Assembly: GCF_006345805.1 (NCBI RefSeq)
Contig: NC_042998.1
Location: forward strand, 200,136,001 to 200,200,000
DNA length: 64,000 nt
Source: Octopus sinensis
Lineage: Eukaryota
Direction of reading: 5' to 3'
Part shown: in pieces, positions 1 to 14,300 of the stretch
How positions within the stretch are numbered: position 1 is the stretch's first letter
Layout: each line of letters starts with the position of its first letter
Notes under the pieces: model-generated
What the model saw: the letters and a program-made list of their open reading frames with translations, nothing else
Told to the model about the DNA's origin: nothing
Databases searched by the model: none
Translations under genes and position numbers: made by a program

Positions 1-20
1 TAATAATAATAATAATAATA

Positions 21-73
<53 letters not shown>

Positions 74-100
74 AAGCAGAAGAAGAAGAAGAAGAAGAAG
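1..100. repeat. (TAA)n microsatellite followed by (GAA)n
   Basis: Direct: TAA repeats 1-72, then GAA repeats to about 100. Confidence 0.95.
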
Positions 101-1396
101 AATATCTATTATAGACAAACTTGTGGAAGATGGAATCAAACACAACGACATGAAGGAAAAGAATAAAAGAGAGTACCTGCGGCGAGTGAGAAATATATCG
201 GTTGCAAATCTGAATGTCAGAAACATGATTGCGGCAATAAGCTCGTGCGCAGTCGTAGTAGTTCGGCATGGCGCTGGAATCCTAAAGTGGACAGAAGAGG
301 AGCTAAAGGAGATGGACAGAAAATCGAAAGCTAACAATGCATGGAGCCCATCATCCAGGCGCAGTCACCGATCGCCTATACAGGAAGAGAGCAAATGGAG
401 AAAGGGGACTGATAAGTGTGGGTGACTGCGTGCGTATTGAACTCGTGATCTTTATGAGATACCTAGCCGAAAGAAAGGAAACCTTGCTAGTGGCAGTTAG
501 GAATGAGGGAGGATTGAGAGGAGAAAAAAAAGAAGGAAAACAAAGGAAGAAGTGCAAATATGACATGAAGAAGACTTACGCAAGAAGGGACTACACAATA
601 AATTTCATGTAGCCAGTATAGAAGTTGATGGAAAAAATAGGTGGGATTAGTTGATGAAAGGAACATTAAAATAAGGGACCGAGAGCACTATACTGACAGT
701 GCAATACCAAGCTTTGGCCACGAACTGAGGGTTAACTTAAGAATGAGCAAGTGTCTCTGCTGTGCCGCATCTGCAATAGACTGGATGAAGCCATTACCCA
801 TATCATGAACAAATGTCCTAGGCTCGCCCAAAACCACTACAATTTGTTACGACAGGATCATGTTACGAATGTGCTACATGTGCGAAAAGTGGGGGTTAGA
901 GAGAAGGAAGACGTGGTATGTGCACAAGCCACAAAGTGTGACAGAGTCGGAGACTAGCAACATCCTCTGGAATTTCGCATTCTTAACAAGCAAGATGCAC
1001 CACATATGCTATGTGGTTGATGTTACATGTCCCTTTCACCCACGAATAGTAAAGAAGGAAGGCGAAATGAAGGAGAAATACAACACAGTTAATACGAAAA
1101 ATCCCGGCTATGGAAAATGAAGAAGGTGAAGGTAGTACAAATTAATGTTGGGTCCTTGGGGACAGTATGAGAATGCATCAAGAGGAATATAAAGGAAATT
1201 GAAATACACTCCCCAGTAGAACTGCTACAAAAGATTTGCCTCCTTGGCACAGCCAGAATAATCAGCAAAGTATTACAGCAGATAGTTGAAAAGAACGGAT
1301 AGCATGGCTCTGTGGCCTGGAAGTAGCAAACCCGTTACGCATGCAAGTCTGCAGGAGCTCCAACAAAACCTGTGATGAAGAGAAATAATAATAATA
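101..1396 (+). mobile_element. Degenerate 3' part of an R4/Dong-like non-LTR retrotransposon (RT C-terminus, CCHC knuckle, restriction-like endonuclease)
   Basis: Broken frames give EYLRRVR..AGILKWTEEELKEMDRK, DRLYRKRANGERGLISVGDC, CRICNRLDEAITHIMNKC, WYVHKPQSVTE..ILWNF, DVTCPF..KEKY and VGSLGTV..LLGTARIISKVL; ends in a short (AAT)n tail at 1384-1396. Confidence 0.85.
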
Positions 1397-1399
1397 CTT

Positions 1400-1840
1400 T
1401 CTACTATAGATAGAACGCCTGAAATTTCATATCGACTCTGGACTACGCAGATATTTAATCTTATTGACACAGAAAGGATGAAAGGCAAAGTCATCGGCGA
1501 AATTTGAACTCAGAATATTAAAAGGCGTAAAATATGTCACTAAGATTTTTGTTCAACGCGCTAAAGAATTATTTCTCTCTAGGCACATACTTCCCCTAGT
1601 TCGCCGTTTTGAAGGGATTTAATAATGGGTTTGAATTTGTGTACAAGACTAGCATGCTCGGGGAGAGGACGTAAATCAGTTACATCGACACCAGTGCTCA
1701 ATTGTTTATAATTTATCCTCAACCAGAAATTATGTAAAGCAAAGTCAACCTGGGTGGGATTAGAATTCAGAAATTAGGGACGGATGAAATTACGCTAAGT
1801 GTTTCCCCGGTATAGAGCGATTCTACCTTTCACCGTCTTG
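1400..1840 (-). mobile_element. Two degenerate SINE-A fragments
   Basis: AAGGATGAAAGGCAAAGTC..AATTTGAACTCAGAA and a second diverged copy match the reverse complement of SINE-A (60581-60810). Confidence 0.6.
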
Positions 1841-2575
1841 GTGATATTCAATAATAGCGTGTACACCCTTCAGTAGCATAGCTTACGGTTTCATAGAGAA
1901 CGCTATATCTATGGAAACCTAAGGAGAGCTATACATTTTTGAATCATTCTTCCCTGACATAATACTAGTTGTACCTTCAAAATTCTTACTATTTTCTGGT
2001 TTTGGTGAAACATAGATGTAGCTACCACATCTACCTTATATACATTATATCTTAAATCGAAAAAGGATAAACAAGATAATAGTACTAGCCTCATGTGAAT
2101 GCTAACTTTTACAAGTAAACTGAAATCAGTATCAGAGGATATGTGGTTAACGGAACGATAGAATCACGGACTGGCAAGAATGTCTGAACATCATTTCCTT
2201 TCGAACACATTCAATCTTCCCACGACAGTCTTTAATATATATATATATATGTTGTTGTTTTTTATCATTGACTTTCTGTTTGTTTATTACGATGTATTAT
2301 TTGGCAAAAGTCTTTGAAGATGGAGATGTGCAGCGTAAGAAAACAAAACTTTGAAGTTTAATATATTAAGAAAAAAACATTATTTTCATCTTAAAATTTA
2401 TTTTCGTTTCCATATATTGAGTGTCACTTCAGGAAAATCTCAGAAGCGAAATGTAAATAATACGTAAACATTTGTTTGGGTTTGTAAAAATAGATGCATA
2501 GATACAAACATACATTCATATATACACTCATACCTGCAAAAATAAACACACACACACACTGACACAGACACACAC

Positions 2576-2647
<72 letters not shown>

Positions 2648-2877
2648 TATGTATATATATATATTAATAGATAGATCGATAGAAACATATATATTTATAT
2701 ATAGTTATGTATATACCTATGCATATACGCATGTTTGTATAATTAGGTATAAAATATATACAGACATTTTTGTAGTGTTTATATATGATGCACAGATTGT
2801 TTTTGAATATGTGTATAAATTGTTCTGCTCAGTAAATAGTAATAATAATCCTTTCTACTATACGTACAAGACCTAAA

Positions 2878-3064
2878 AATTTAGGGAGACAGGACTAGTC
2901 GATTATATCGACCCCCAGTTCGTAACTGGTTCTTATTTTCCCGACCCCGAAAGGATGAAAGGCAAAGACGACCTCGGCGGAATTTGAACTCGGAACGTAA
3001 CGGCAGACGAAATACCGCTAAACATTCCGCCAGGCGTGTTAACGATTTTGCCATCTCGCCGCCT
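2878..3064 (-). mobile_element. SINE-A (tRNA-derived)
   Basis: Reverse complement of GGCGGCGAG..TGGCAAAATCGTT (A box)..GAGTTCAAATTCC (B box)..GCCTTTCATCCTTTCGGGGTCG. Confidence 0.85.
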
Positions 3065-5768
3065 CAGTAGCGAAAATGATAGTAAAAGGAGTGAGAGGAA
3101 GAGAAAGTGTACTCGATAGAGAAATGTAGAATCACGTGCTATGATTCTAAACTATATGTGTAAAATACCGCCATGGTAACAATTTCGTCAGTCAGTTCAC
3201 ATACATCCAGAAATATTCCGCTGTATATGACGATGAAAGAACACTACCGAGTCGGCGATTTTATACTAGAGACTGAAGTGGAAAGAACTCGGAAGTTGAA
3301 CGACAGTGAACCTGTTTCTAAATATAAATTCGCGGAAGCAATGTTTTAGCTCGGTGGCAAACTGTACCGACGTGCGATGTATGCATCTTAGAGAAAGATG
3401 GGAAAAAGTAAAAAATACAGTATTAGTCAAAAGAGATTACTATCAGTGATATTTTATCTGATGGAGTATTGAATTTAGGATAAGTAAAACTAGTTGTACA
3501 TGTTTAGATTACGCATTTGTTTTATGTTCGGATTTTATAATGATCCCAAAAGTTTGAATAGTGAAATAATTTTAGATCGTTAAATGCTAACGGTCGAAGC
3601 TACTGTATGCTTGCTATTGGTATAAGGTTACGATGCACCTATATCGTAATAGAGATGATGCAGTTGACTCACACCATCTCTTATTAATCTATGGCTTTGC
3701 GCAATGATTAAATAGTTTTAGCGTTTGCAATAATGCCCTTCTAAATACACCGGAACATTTTAAGAGATACAGCAAAAGAAAATTTTGAGAGATGCGTAAG
3801 ATGTGAGAAAACTGAAACAAACAAACAAAAATAATAATAATCTAAAATACAAAAATATTGACTTTTATTTCTATTATTTACGCTTCTTAATTTACATATT
3901 ATTTTATTTATATCCACATCATGAAACATTTCTTCAGCGAAATAACACTCAACTTCGTTATTACTTCATATTACAATTTGAATAGTAAAGTTTATTCAAC
4001 TGCTTTCATTTATACTATATCCACTGATATTAATTTATCTAGATAAAATTTATACTATTTGCTTACTTGTTTGTTTTTTTATGCTGTAGTTAATTCGAAT
4101 TTCTGCGGTTTTCGATATAAACTAATATTTCTATATTGCCATAAGCAAGTCGGTTGTCAAATTGGCTTACATAACCAATTTTACGTAATGAGATGGGAAG
4201 ATGGTGGATAGATATCCATCAAGCTAATACTTACTTATTAGAATATGATTAATAAAGAATCGCTTGAGGGTTACATATGCCAACACACACGTACATATAC
4301 ATGCACATATTTTTATGTGTGAGTATATATATATATAAATAAATATGTGTGCATATATATGTACACACATGCACATATATGCATATATACATTTATTAAA
4401 ACACACACAAACACACACACACTTATATATACATATATACATACTTACATATTTACATATGCAGATATATAAATATTATATATGTATATACATATACGTG
4501 CATATGTATATGTATTTAAACATACATAAATACATTATATATATATATATGTATATATATACGTAAAAAATGTTGTACGTAATATACATACTGATATACT
4601 AAATGACATATATAAATAAAATGTGTGTTAGAGTTTAAATACATTCAAATTATAATTTACTGTATGTATTTAATTTATAACTGTCATAATTATAAACAAA
4701 ACGACTACAACACATGAATGATGAATGGTATATTATATGTTTTTTTTTTATCGAACCTGGAAGGATGAATTGTAAATTTGATTGCAGAAAGATCCGAACA
4801 AGCCACCACCAAGAAATATCAGATAAAACAGAGCAAAGTATTTTATTCGACTAACTTTCGACTTCGTGAGGAAAACAAAGAAGTATAATTTTTTCCTGAT
4901 ATTAGTACCATGATGTAATTTTTAAGGCACAGACAAAATGCTTCGTAGAATAACATTACAGCATGGGTAATAACATTATGAGTTTAACAAGTGTCAATGT
5001 CAGCTCTTGCTTAATATGACTCCCCTATGGATAAATAAAACTATCACTCAAATCATGGGGCAATTTTAATCGACTGCCTTAGCGCAAAATATTGCGACCT
5101 CGTACCTGTTTTAAATATTATTTCTAATATTATTATCATTTTTTTACTGATTATTACCGTTTTTACAACAGTTTAATGCCAAATTCTGTTACCAGGTGAT
5201 TTCTTCCTTAGCTTCGCCACGTTAAAGAGATAAAAGAATAATGTATACCGGAATAACATGGCGGTCTACCGCAAGGAAAAATATAGAATGATTAGAATTT
5301 TCTGATTGAATCATTGGTTAGATCTGAATCACAATCACACTAAAGTATTAGATTGGGACTGGATTTGAACCGACACACCTGGAGTTCGTCATATTTCTAT
5401 GTTTTTACTTTTTTAAGAAAAAGAGGGGCGTGGATAAATTCTTGCGCTGTTTGCGTTTACTATATTTATAATACGACTTCGTGTGTTGTGTTAAATTTTG
5501 CGTCAAAAAATATTCCTAGTCAGTTGGGCTTGACAAAAATTATATTTGCGAACTGAGTTGGAGAATTATGATACATAGGTCTTATATTTCTACGTTCCTA
5601 TTTACAGAATTATTTGAAAATTATATGGATGAAACCATAAGATAAATAATAAACTTTGCAATACAATACCATTTCCAAGTATAAAATCCGAGGAGTGTAT
5701 ACATACACGTATAAATACATGTATACATATACATGCATATATACAACGCACAAACATACAGGCGCACA

Positions 5769-6162
5769 TCTTTATATATAAAAGAGAGGTTGTGTGCTGT
5801 CTGTCTCCTACGATTTAGATTCCTAACTACTCCCACATTTTGCGATGCAGTTTAACCAAAACCGGGTATCTTATGGTCGTGATTCATATCGAGCCCTGCT
5901 GGGTATTAGCGCGCGTCTACGATGAGTCTACGATTTTAAAACAAATTACCATCATTTTTTCCCATTTTTAATGCATTTTTGGCATATATAAGGGAAGTAC
6001 CTCTCTAAAAATTTATTATTAAATCTCAGAACGTAAAAAGCTACAGTAACACCCCGCCTTTGTGGTTAGCCATATTGAGATGGCTATTATACTTTACATC
6101 TCTAAAAATGCTTATATAGTTATTTCCCTTACAAACCCGAGCAACGCGGGCGATACTGCTAG
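5769..6162 (+). mobile_element. Non-autonomous Helitron-like element
   Basis: Helitron termini: A|TC 5' start (TCTTTATATATAAAA), subterminal hairpin CCCG-agcaacg-CGGG (6136-6150), 3' CTAG|T (6159-6163). Confidence 0.75.
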
Positions 6163-6184
6163 TATATGTATATATGCGAAAGAG

Positions 6185-6320
6185 TAATATGAATTCTTTT
6201 CTACTCTAGGCACAAAGCCCGAAAGTTTTGGGGAGGGGATAAGTCGATTAGATCGAACCCAGTACGCAGGTGGTACTAAATTTATCGACCCGAAAGAATG
6301 AAAGGCAAAGTCAACGTAGA
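6185..6320 (-). mobile_element. SINE-A 3' fragment
   Basis: TAAGTCGATTAGATCGAACCC..GGTACTAAATTTATCGACCCGAAAGAATGAAAGGCAAAGTC matches SINE-A. Confidence 0.75.
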
Positions 6321-6738
6321 GGAAAATATATGGTGATATTAAACACATTCGGTGAGTTGGTTTCGATTAATAGTCAACGGCAATTTATGAACTTATGTAA
6401 CACATTTTAGGAAAAATTCAACGCTACAGGGTCGGTTTCTTACACTGAAATTCTGTGCTACGTATCATACGAAATAATGTCCTCCCGTAATGCGTTGTCT
6501 GAAAACGATGTATTAATACTATGGTTCATAACAAGTGCTTATTGTAAACGATCGTAACTAACGTTTCATTAAGTAAAGAACTTCGTCACGATATATTCTA
6601 CGTTTCAATTACTGAGTAAATAAATATCTAAAGTAACATGAGAAATGAAAACAGGAGGATAAATCCCTTGCCGAAACTGAGACATCCTAAGCATCAGAAG
6701 CAACATAAGTTAAGCTATCAAATACCAGTAACAAATTT

Positions 6739-6780
<42 letters not shown>

Positions 6781-7865
6781 TATTTAATCACCTTATCCTA
6801 TTATCTGTTATTGACCTCACCTTATGATATGGAAATTTCTACAGTAATTGCGATATATTACCGGAAGGAAAGTTCTCAATTCTCTCTCATAACAAAATCC
6901 ATTTAGTATAATTAACAGTAATGGATCGATATTTAGAGGCAATCAGACATGCACAACATTTGCGACTAATTGGAAACAAATGTGTACTGCTGCAGGGTAT
7001 TGATGGCCGAGATAGTTCTGCAAGTGCCGTTGAAATGTGAAATACTAACCTTTAATTTCATCTTCAAAATCGCGCTCACACGAGATATTCCTTATTCTTA
7101 CAGATCTCAATGTATAAGATTAAACTCAATATATCTACAAGCAAATTATCTGAAAAGAAAGATCATTTGCAAATAAATTAATTTTTTATTCCCCACCCCA
7201 TCACTTTATCTTCCTCTCATTAAATATATATCTTTATATATGACTATTTGTTTGCGTTTCTTAATTTGAATTATGCACTTTTAAATTGTAGCATTGTTTT
7301 TAATTTATAAACGATTGCGTTACTCGTGTGAGCCTCTTATTTTTGTTCACACGTAATGTAACTGTGCTTATACTATTTAAAGTACTTTTTTCGGCGTGGA
7401 ATTTAATAGATTTTGAAACTCATAGCATTGAATACACACACGAGCGAAACCCCGATACATACATCAAGTGTATGAGAGGATCTACTTTGCAATAACATCT
7501 GTGATAGCTCAGCATCCTAGAAGACGCATCAACGAACCTCTAAGTTTACACTTTGCAAATATAAAAGAAAAACAATGACAACTTTAAAACGGTATTCAGC
7601 GATTGTGTGAACACAAAAACAAGGTGTGGAGTCGCGGCTAGAAAATCTGCTATCTGACAATACTTAATTCAAATAGCCCGAGATCCAATCATCATCAGAT
7701 CACTCACACTCGTGCACGCTCGTCGTACACACACATATACAAATACACATACATACACACCACACACGCACACATAATCACACACACATATAATTTCGGT
7801 GCGAATGTTTTTTTTTATACAGTAGCGTGTTTTACAATCCTGTAAATGATAATAATGGTATTTTT

Positions 7866-8127
7866 TTTTATATAAGCTGAAAGATTCTAGCGATCACCCT
7901 GCAATGACTAAGAAAAATAGACTAATAAAAGGGCATATAAGCCCTCAAAAGAAGGCTTTTCTATCCGCGTGAGACACAAATCCACATCCCTTTGTTAACA
8001 CGACTGTGTTACCACGTGGATAGGAAAGCCTTCTTTTATTCTGTCGAGAGCTTATATACCCCTTTATTAGACTATTTTTCCTTAGTCATTGCACGGTAAT
8101 CGCCATAAGTTTTAAGCTTATATAAAA
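7866..8127. repeat. Fold-back (MITE-like) element with about 110-bp imperfect inverted arms
   Basis: Arm 7866-7971 is the reverse complement of arm 8013-8127 (TGCAATGACTAAG-AAAAATAG, TAATAAA-GGG-ATATAAGC, AAAAGAAGGCTTT-CTATCC-CGTG); one 9-bp indel; about 40-bp spacer. Confidence 0.85.
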
Positions 8128-8565
8128 TACACGCAAACATACATACATACACACTTAGAGCAAATGATTGATACGGAATACAGAGGAGTGTATTGGAAAC
8201 TTTATTTATCACAACTATCACAACTATCGTTTCGGCATTGCTCCCTAGCGAGTGGGGACGAGATAATGAAATTGAATGCATTCCACAATGTAGAAGAAAC
8301 CCCATCAGGTGGCGTAATTGGCTTCTAAATTATAAAATTTACATTTCGGTCATAAGTGTAGCTACATGACGTTGGTATTATTGGTATGTTGGTTCTCAAA
8401 TAAAATGATGAAGTAGCATAACTGTGGTGTGTGATCAGCGTTCAGCAAGCAAGGAGTGGTTGATAATGAATACAAGAAATAGAATGCGAAGAATTAAGAG
8501 GTGTGTCACATTGGTTTTGGAATGAAAGCAACACAAAAGTTTGCGAAATCGTTTGATGGCTGGCC

Positions 8566-8636
8566 ATGCCTGTCAGGCGTGACGACGTGTTCGAGAACAT
8601 GCTGGCTCACGTCTTTAGACTTGGTGGCACGTATCA
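8566..8636 (+). CDS. Candidate first coding exon of an unidentified gene (MPVRRDDVFENMLAHVFRLGGTY, phase 2)
   Basis: gccATG context, locally GC-richer coding-like sequence, in-frame stop upstream, donor-like CA|GTATGT at 8637; no homology recognised. Confidence 0.25.
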
Positions 8637-8637
8637 G

Positions 8638-8680
<43 letters not shown>

Positions 8681-8682
<2 letters not shown>

Positions 8683-9373
8683 TCATCATCATCATCGTCG
8701 TCGTCGTTTAACGTCCGTTTTGATTGCTGGCATAGGTTGGACGGCTCGACTGTGGGCTGGAAATCCAGGAGGCTGCACCAGATTCCAGTCTGATCTGGCA
8801 TTGTTTCTACTGCTGGATGCCCTTCCTAACGCCAACCACTCTTAGAGTGTAGTCGGTGCATTTTCCGTGCCACCAACACGGAAGCCAGTCGAGGCGGCGC
8901 TGGCATCGACCACATTCGGAGGCTACGTTTTAGATGTCACAGCTACAATTTCCATTTGATTTTGATTTTGATGTACTTGACTCAATAGGTCTCCTCAAGA
9001 ACGGCTTGTCGTCCTACAATCGAAGCTACGTTTGAATGGGCTGGTTATGTGACACTGATGTACGTTACAGCTGTGAACTCACTTTATTTGCCGTGTCTTC
9101 TCAGTCACGCCATATCTCTAGAGGTCTCAGTCTTTTGCCATTGTCCCTGTGAGACCCAACGTTCAAAGATCATGCTTCACCACTTCATTCCACGTCTTCT
9201 TTGGTCTTCCTCTACCGCGAATTCCTTCATATCAACGCAAACGTCTCTCTTCCACGCCACATCCAATGCTTCTAATGTAAAACATTTCTTTCAGGGCGCT
9301 TACACTTTGTCGTGTGTGCACACTGACATTACACGTCCATGCTAGCGATAATACTCTCTGAGCATCCAACCCC
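8681..9373 (-). mobile_element. 3' end of an RTE-clade LINE
   Basis: Minus strand encodes GIRGRGRPKKTWNEVVKHDL*TLGLT..RYGVTEKTRQ (RTE C-terminus), then 3' UTR and a (GAC/GAT)n tail at 8681-8706. Confidence 0.8.
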
Positions 9374-9382
9374 GCTACAGAC

Positions 9383-9404
9383 TATGTATATATATATATA
9401 ATAT

Positions 9405-9436
<32 letters not shown>

Positions 9437-9456
9437 ATATATATATATATATTATA

Positions 9457-9512
<56 letters not shown>

Positions 9513-9603
9513 CATATATATATATATACATATATATATATAATATATATACATATATATATATAATACATATATATATATATATATATAATATATATTA
9601 TAC

Positions 9604-9655
<52 letters not shown>

Positions 9656-9667
9656 TATATATATATT

Positions 9668-9740
<73 letters not shown>

Positions 9741-9756
9741 CTATATATATATATAC

Positions 9757-9808
<52 letters not shown>

Positions 9809-9937
9809 CATATATATATATACAGGGTAAATGTTTTTTAATTTTCTCCTGGTTTACGGAAGCTTTGGCTGTTATTTCTAGTGGGTGAATGGCCTAGTAT
9901 GGCCGTTCCTTGATTGTGATATATATATATACATATA

Positions 9938-9985
<48 letters not shown>

Positions 9986-9991
9986 AATATA

Positions 9992-10043
<52 letters not shown>

Positions 10044-10101
10044 GTGTGTGTGTGTGGTGTGTGTGTGTGTGTGTGTGTGTATGCATGTATCTATATATAT
10101 A
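9383..10101. repeat. Long interrupted (AT)n and (GT)n microsatellite complex
   Basis: Direct: about 440-bp (AT)n at 9383-9822 and a second tract at 9917-10101. Confidence 0.95.
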
Positions 10102-10962
10102 TACTCGCATAATGAAATAAGTATGTTTATATGAAAAGAAAAAGTGATAAAATCTCTCTCTCGGTGGGTCTCTGAAATCGAGGGAAGTTTTTCTCCCTCT
10201 TCAGTGCCTTACCAAGCCCTGTTTCTCTCTACCTCTGAGGCTGAAAACATTCTCAGATGGTGACAGAAGTAACATCGGCGGTCACCAGTCAACTTCCCCA
10301 CTTATATATCTATATTAATGTGTTATAGACCCCCCAAAATATAACACATATATCGTTATATGTATATGTGTACGTGAAAATGTGAACATCAGTGTCTGAC
10401 TCCCTTCTATACACGCTTGCGTAGAATGTGTGTGTACGTGTATGTGCGTGTGTGTGCGCGTGTTTAATAGGTAGATAAATGAAAGACAAATTACGTGGTA
10501 ACTTTTTTCCACTTACGTAACGCATTCGCGTAGATATATAACAAACTCCAAAATTGTCATTTAATTCCTGTAGCTTTTTCAATATTAATTCTACACTATT
10601 TGAGAAGTAGTATATGTGACACTGACATTCGTTTTCCTAGGAGGTTATCTAACTACTATAAGATGTTTGATCGAAGGAATTTTCGCATTTATAACTTGAA
10701 TAAAAGAGTGATAAAATACTTTGTATCACGAAGATAGGCCAAGAAATAACTTTTCTTTTATATTCTTCTGCTTGCATTGTAGTAGGGATTGATTTGTGTA
10801 AGATTTAGCACTTACATTGAGTAGGCCCATCTAAAGCAAATTCTCGCTTACTGGCAGATTTTGAACCCAAGTAAACTGTGTTCCAGTAGAACTGACCTAC
10901 GAGAAGAAGGGTTTCCAGATATTATCGAACCAAATTTATTTTATTCCAGAGTGTATATTGTC

Positions 10963-11179
10963 TCTTTTACTCTTTTACTCTTTTACTTGTTTCAGTCATT
11001 TGGCTGCGGCCATGCTGGAGCACCGCCTTTAGTCGAGCAAATCGACCCCGGGACTTATTCTATGTAAGCCCAGTACTTATTCTATCGGTCTCTTTTTCCG
11101 AACCGCTAAGTGACGGGGACGTAAACACTCCAGCATCGGTCGTCAAGCGATATTGGGGGGACAAACACAGACACACAAT

Positions 11180-11211
<32 letters not shown>

Positions 11212-11392
11212 AATATATATACACACATATATACGACGGGCATCTTTCAGTTTCCGTCTACCAAATCCACTCACAAGGCATTGGTCTGCCCGGGGCTATA
11301 GCAGAAGACACTTGCCCAAGATGCCACGCAGTGGGACTGAACCCGGAACCATGTGGTTGGTTAGCAAGCTACTTACCACACAGCCACTCCTG
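10963..11392 (-). mobile_element. SINE-B (tRNA-derived, CORE-like central motif, internal microsatellite)
   Basis: Reverse complement of GGAGTGGCTGTGTGGTAAG..GGGTTCAGTCCC..CTTGGGCAAGTGTCTT..(TA/CA)n..tail GAGTAAAA repeats. Confidence 0.9.
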
Positions 11393-14300
11393 AGTGTTTT
11401 TTTCCATTATTATGTTGTAAAGAATGTGAGCAAAGGTAGGTTAAACTGTTATTTCTAGTGGTTGAAACGACCACATAAAGTTTACCTTATAACATTCCTC
11501 CATCTTTTGATCTTGCTCACTCAAATGTTAATCGTCAATGCTCACATTGATAATCAAAAACAATTCAAATAAAGTATTTTCGTCCTTTCCAAAAGATAAA
11601 GGACAGGGAGCTTGAATATATGCACGCGAATGAGTGTGAGCGTATGTGTGTGCCGTACATATAAGTATATATACACGCATAAGTATGCAAATATACTGTC
11701 CGTTTAATTGGAAAATTCTATATGTGGCGGAAGATTGCTCATCATTTTTAAACTAATGTAATACTTACAGTGTTTAATAAAATGATGTAGCTTGAAGCAA
11801 TCGTACTACTCTGCCTTGGATATCCTTGTTGCTTATTTTGATTATATATATATATGTGATAGTTACACACACACACACACACAGACACACACGGACACAT
11901 ACATACATACACATATAAAGCTGGAATAGAAGGTAAGTACAGACGGAAAAGTGAGGTTTGTAGAGTATTAATATTTGTAATCCCTGCTCGTCATTAGAAT
12001 TAATGAAATTGTCAGTAACTTTTGGTCTTATATATCAGGAGAACTGTCTAAAATATAATTATTTATGCTTGATCACAAGTTGCAATACGAGTCCATATAT
12101 ACGAGAAGATTGTGATTCACCGTCATTTGAATCGATGTAGTCTTTTTTGTCTCTAAACGTTACGTCTTCTAATCTATACTATATTGACCGTCACAACGGG
12201 TGTCTTCTTTAGGATGTCCAAGTATTTAGTAAGTCTGCTTGGCAACATTTATCCTTTGCTTCAATTTAATTGCTCGGTATGTTTTTTTTTACTTACATTC
12301 CACCATTATACATCTCCTGAAAAATCGAATGCTGCAAGACAAAAACCGTGTAAGACCACATCAGACTAAAACTGTTCTCCGATAGTGTACTAATCTCTCA
12401 ACTGCTTAATAATAGAAAATTCAATTTGCGTATATTCTGCAGAGTCCACTGTATTTTAAAGTTCAAAGTTGTGGATAACTCGATTATTTTGGTTCCTTAT
12501 CTCCTACTAGCACAAATCGTTTCTTTTCACTTTATCGGAAGAAATGCATGTTTATTTCATGTGAAATCAAAAACAGAAAACAGATATCGAAGACGAGGGA
12601 CACTTAACCGGATGGATGACTAATAAACGTATACACGTAGATTATATATGTTCCAATCAACAATGAAGTAGGTATAATAAAACAGATTATAAGTATATTT
12701 GTATATATTGCTTACCTTTTACTGTGACCTTTTTAATTGTGTGCGTTATTGGCTCGAATGCAAGATTTCTCGTTCCGCCAACCTGGTGGAAATTAAGATA
12801 GATTGTATGAAACAAATGAAATTATAGATAGTTTTTGAAATGGACAAAGAATTTCTTATTAAATATCGAAAAGTGATACAATTTCAGGTTACATTTCATA
12901 GGACCACAATTATCTGTGGAAATTTCAGAAACATGTACTTGTCAGCATATGCAAAACGTACGATGCACAGTATAATATCTTAATCCCATTTTATAGATGC
13001 ATTACAGAAGGAAGTAAAAAAAAAACAAGTAAGGAATAAAGGCTCTGATATTATTGCCCCAGGAAACTATTGAGGTGTACAAGACGAAAGACCTACATCG
13101 AAAGTTTAAATCAAAGTGGATAGCGCTAAAGGCACCCAAGAAATAGGTGACGGTGTTGAATCAAACTGTAGCTTAACCAAATTGAATCTACAAGCTTCAG
13201 CATATTGTCAGTCAACCAAATGTAACAAATTTGCACCTAACGGCAATGTGATTTTCTCTTTGACCTCGAAATAAACTTCAATCATCCCTAAATCAGGAAA
13301 GAAAAAATATTCGAAAAATTCTGGGGAGATATCCAGTCAATTTGATCTCTAGGGAGAAATCGAATGTATATGATCTCTGGAGGCAAACGAACAGCAATCT
13401 ATTCGCTTCTTATCTTAGTTACCAGCAACGATTGTTCGTATATTGTAGATTCCTAGAAATACACATCGACCAACAATACAGCGTATATGGAATTTACAAT
13501 ACGCATAAAATTACCTAGATCCTTAAGATATTCCATTTTGGATCTTTGCACTGTATTGACATGATATAGTCTACAGGAATAAAGAAAGAAGAAAAATACG
13601 TATTTCATACGCCTTGATGTTTTATGATAAAAAACTTTAACTCCATAAAATTCTAATTTAATCACTTTTACAACACATTAAAATGTATTGATCATTAATG
13701 AAATATCGATTCATAATAAATGACAATAAGAAATTAATGACTACTTAATGAGTGAAATATTGATTTTTCCATGAAAATTCTAATTCATCAGTGTGATAAA
13801 TGTGATAAATATCTTAGTAAGAAAAGAATTTCGACATTGGCAGATCAGCTTTATGATAAATGATTATCTAAGTTGAATATAACTATTTTTTCTGGGTGAG
13901 TGTATCTACTTTTGACAGCACGAATCACCCGGTTTTATATTTTGCTGAGAGAAAAACATAAACATTAATGACAAAGCAAATTTGTTTTTATCAGTTCTTT
14001 CATTGTTAGCATATATGTGATATATCGGTTGAAACACGAAAAAGAGACACTTGTAAAACATATACAGAATTTATATATCTTTGTCATATTTAGAAAGCAT
14101 AGAAATGATACCGAAAAAGCATTCAAATGTGTGAAAAGAAACTGTTTCTTAACATTTTAATAATTTTTCATTTTAGTGTTATAATGGTGTTTAGTATACG
14201 CTTTTCGATTTTGCTTTAACATTTTCTCTCTCCATTGCTATTGGCATAAATAATTTTTTCTAAACGATTTTTCTATCATTTTGAAATTTGCCCTTTAGGT

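Noticed and set aside
8566-8580. MPVRR matches the ERG/KCNH2 N-terminus
   Set aside because: The similarity ends after five residues and the APQNTFL motif is absent.
9375-10134. Many IY/YI/VC/HT-rich ORFs here and at 2.4, 27.5, 51, 56 and 59.6 kb
   Set aside because: They are translations of (AT)n, (GT)n and (CA)n microsatellites, which lack stop codons in some frames.
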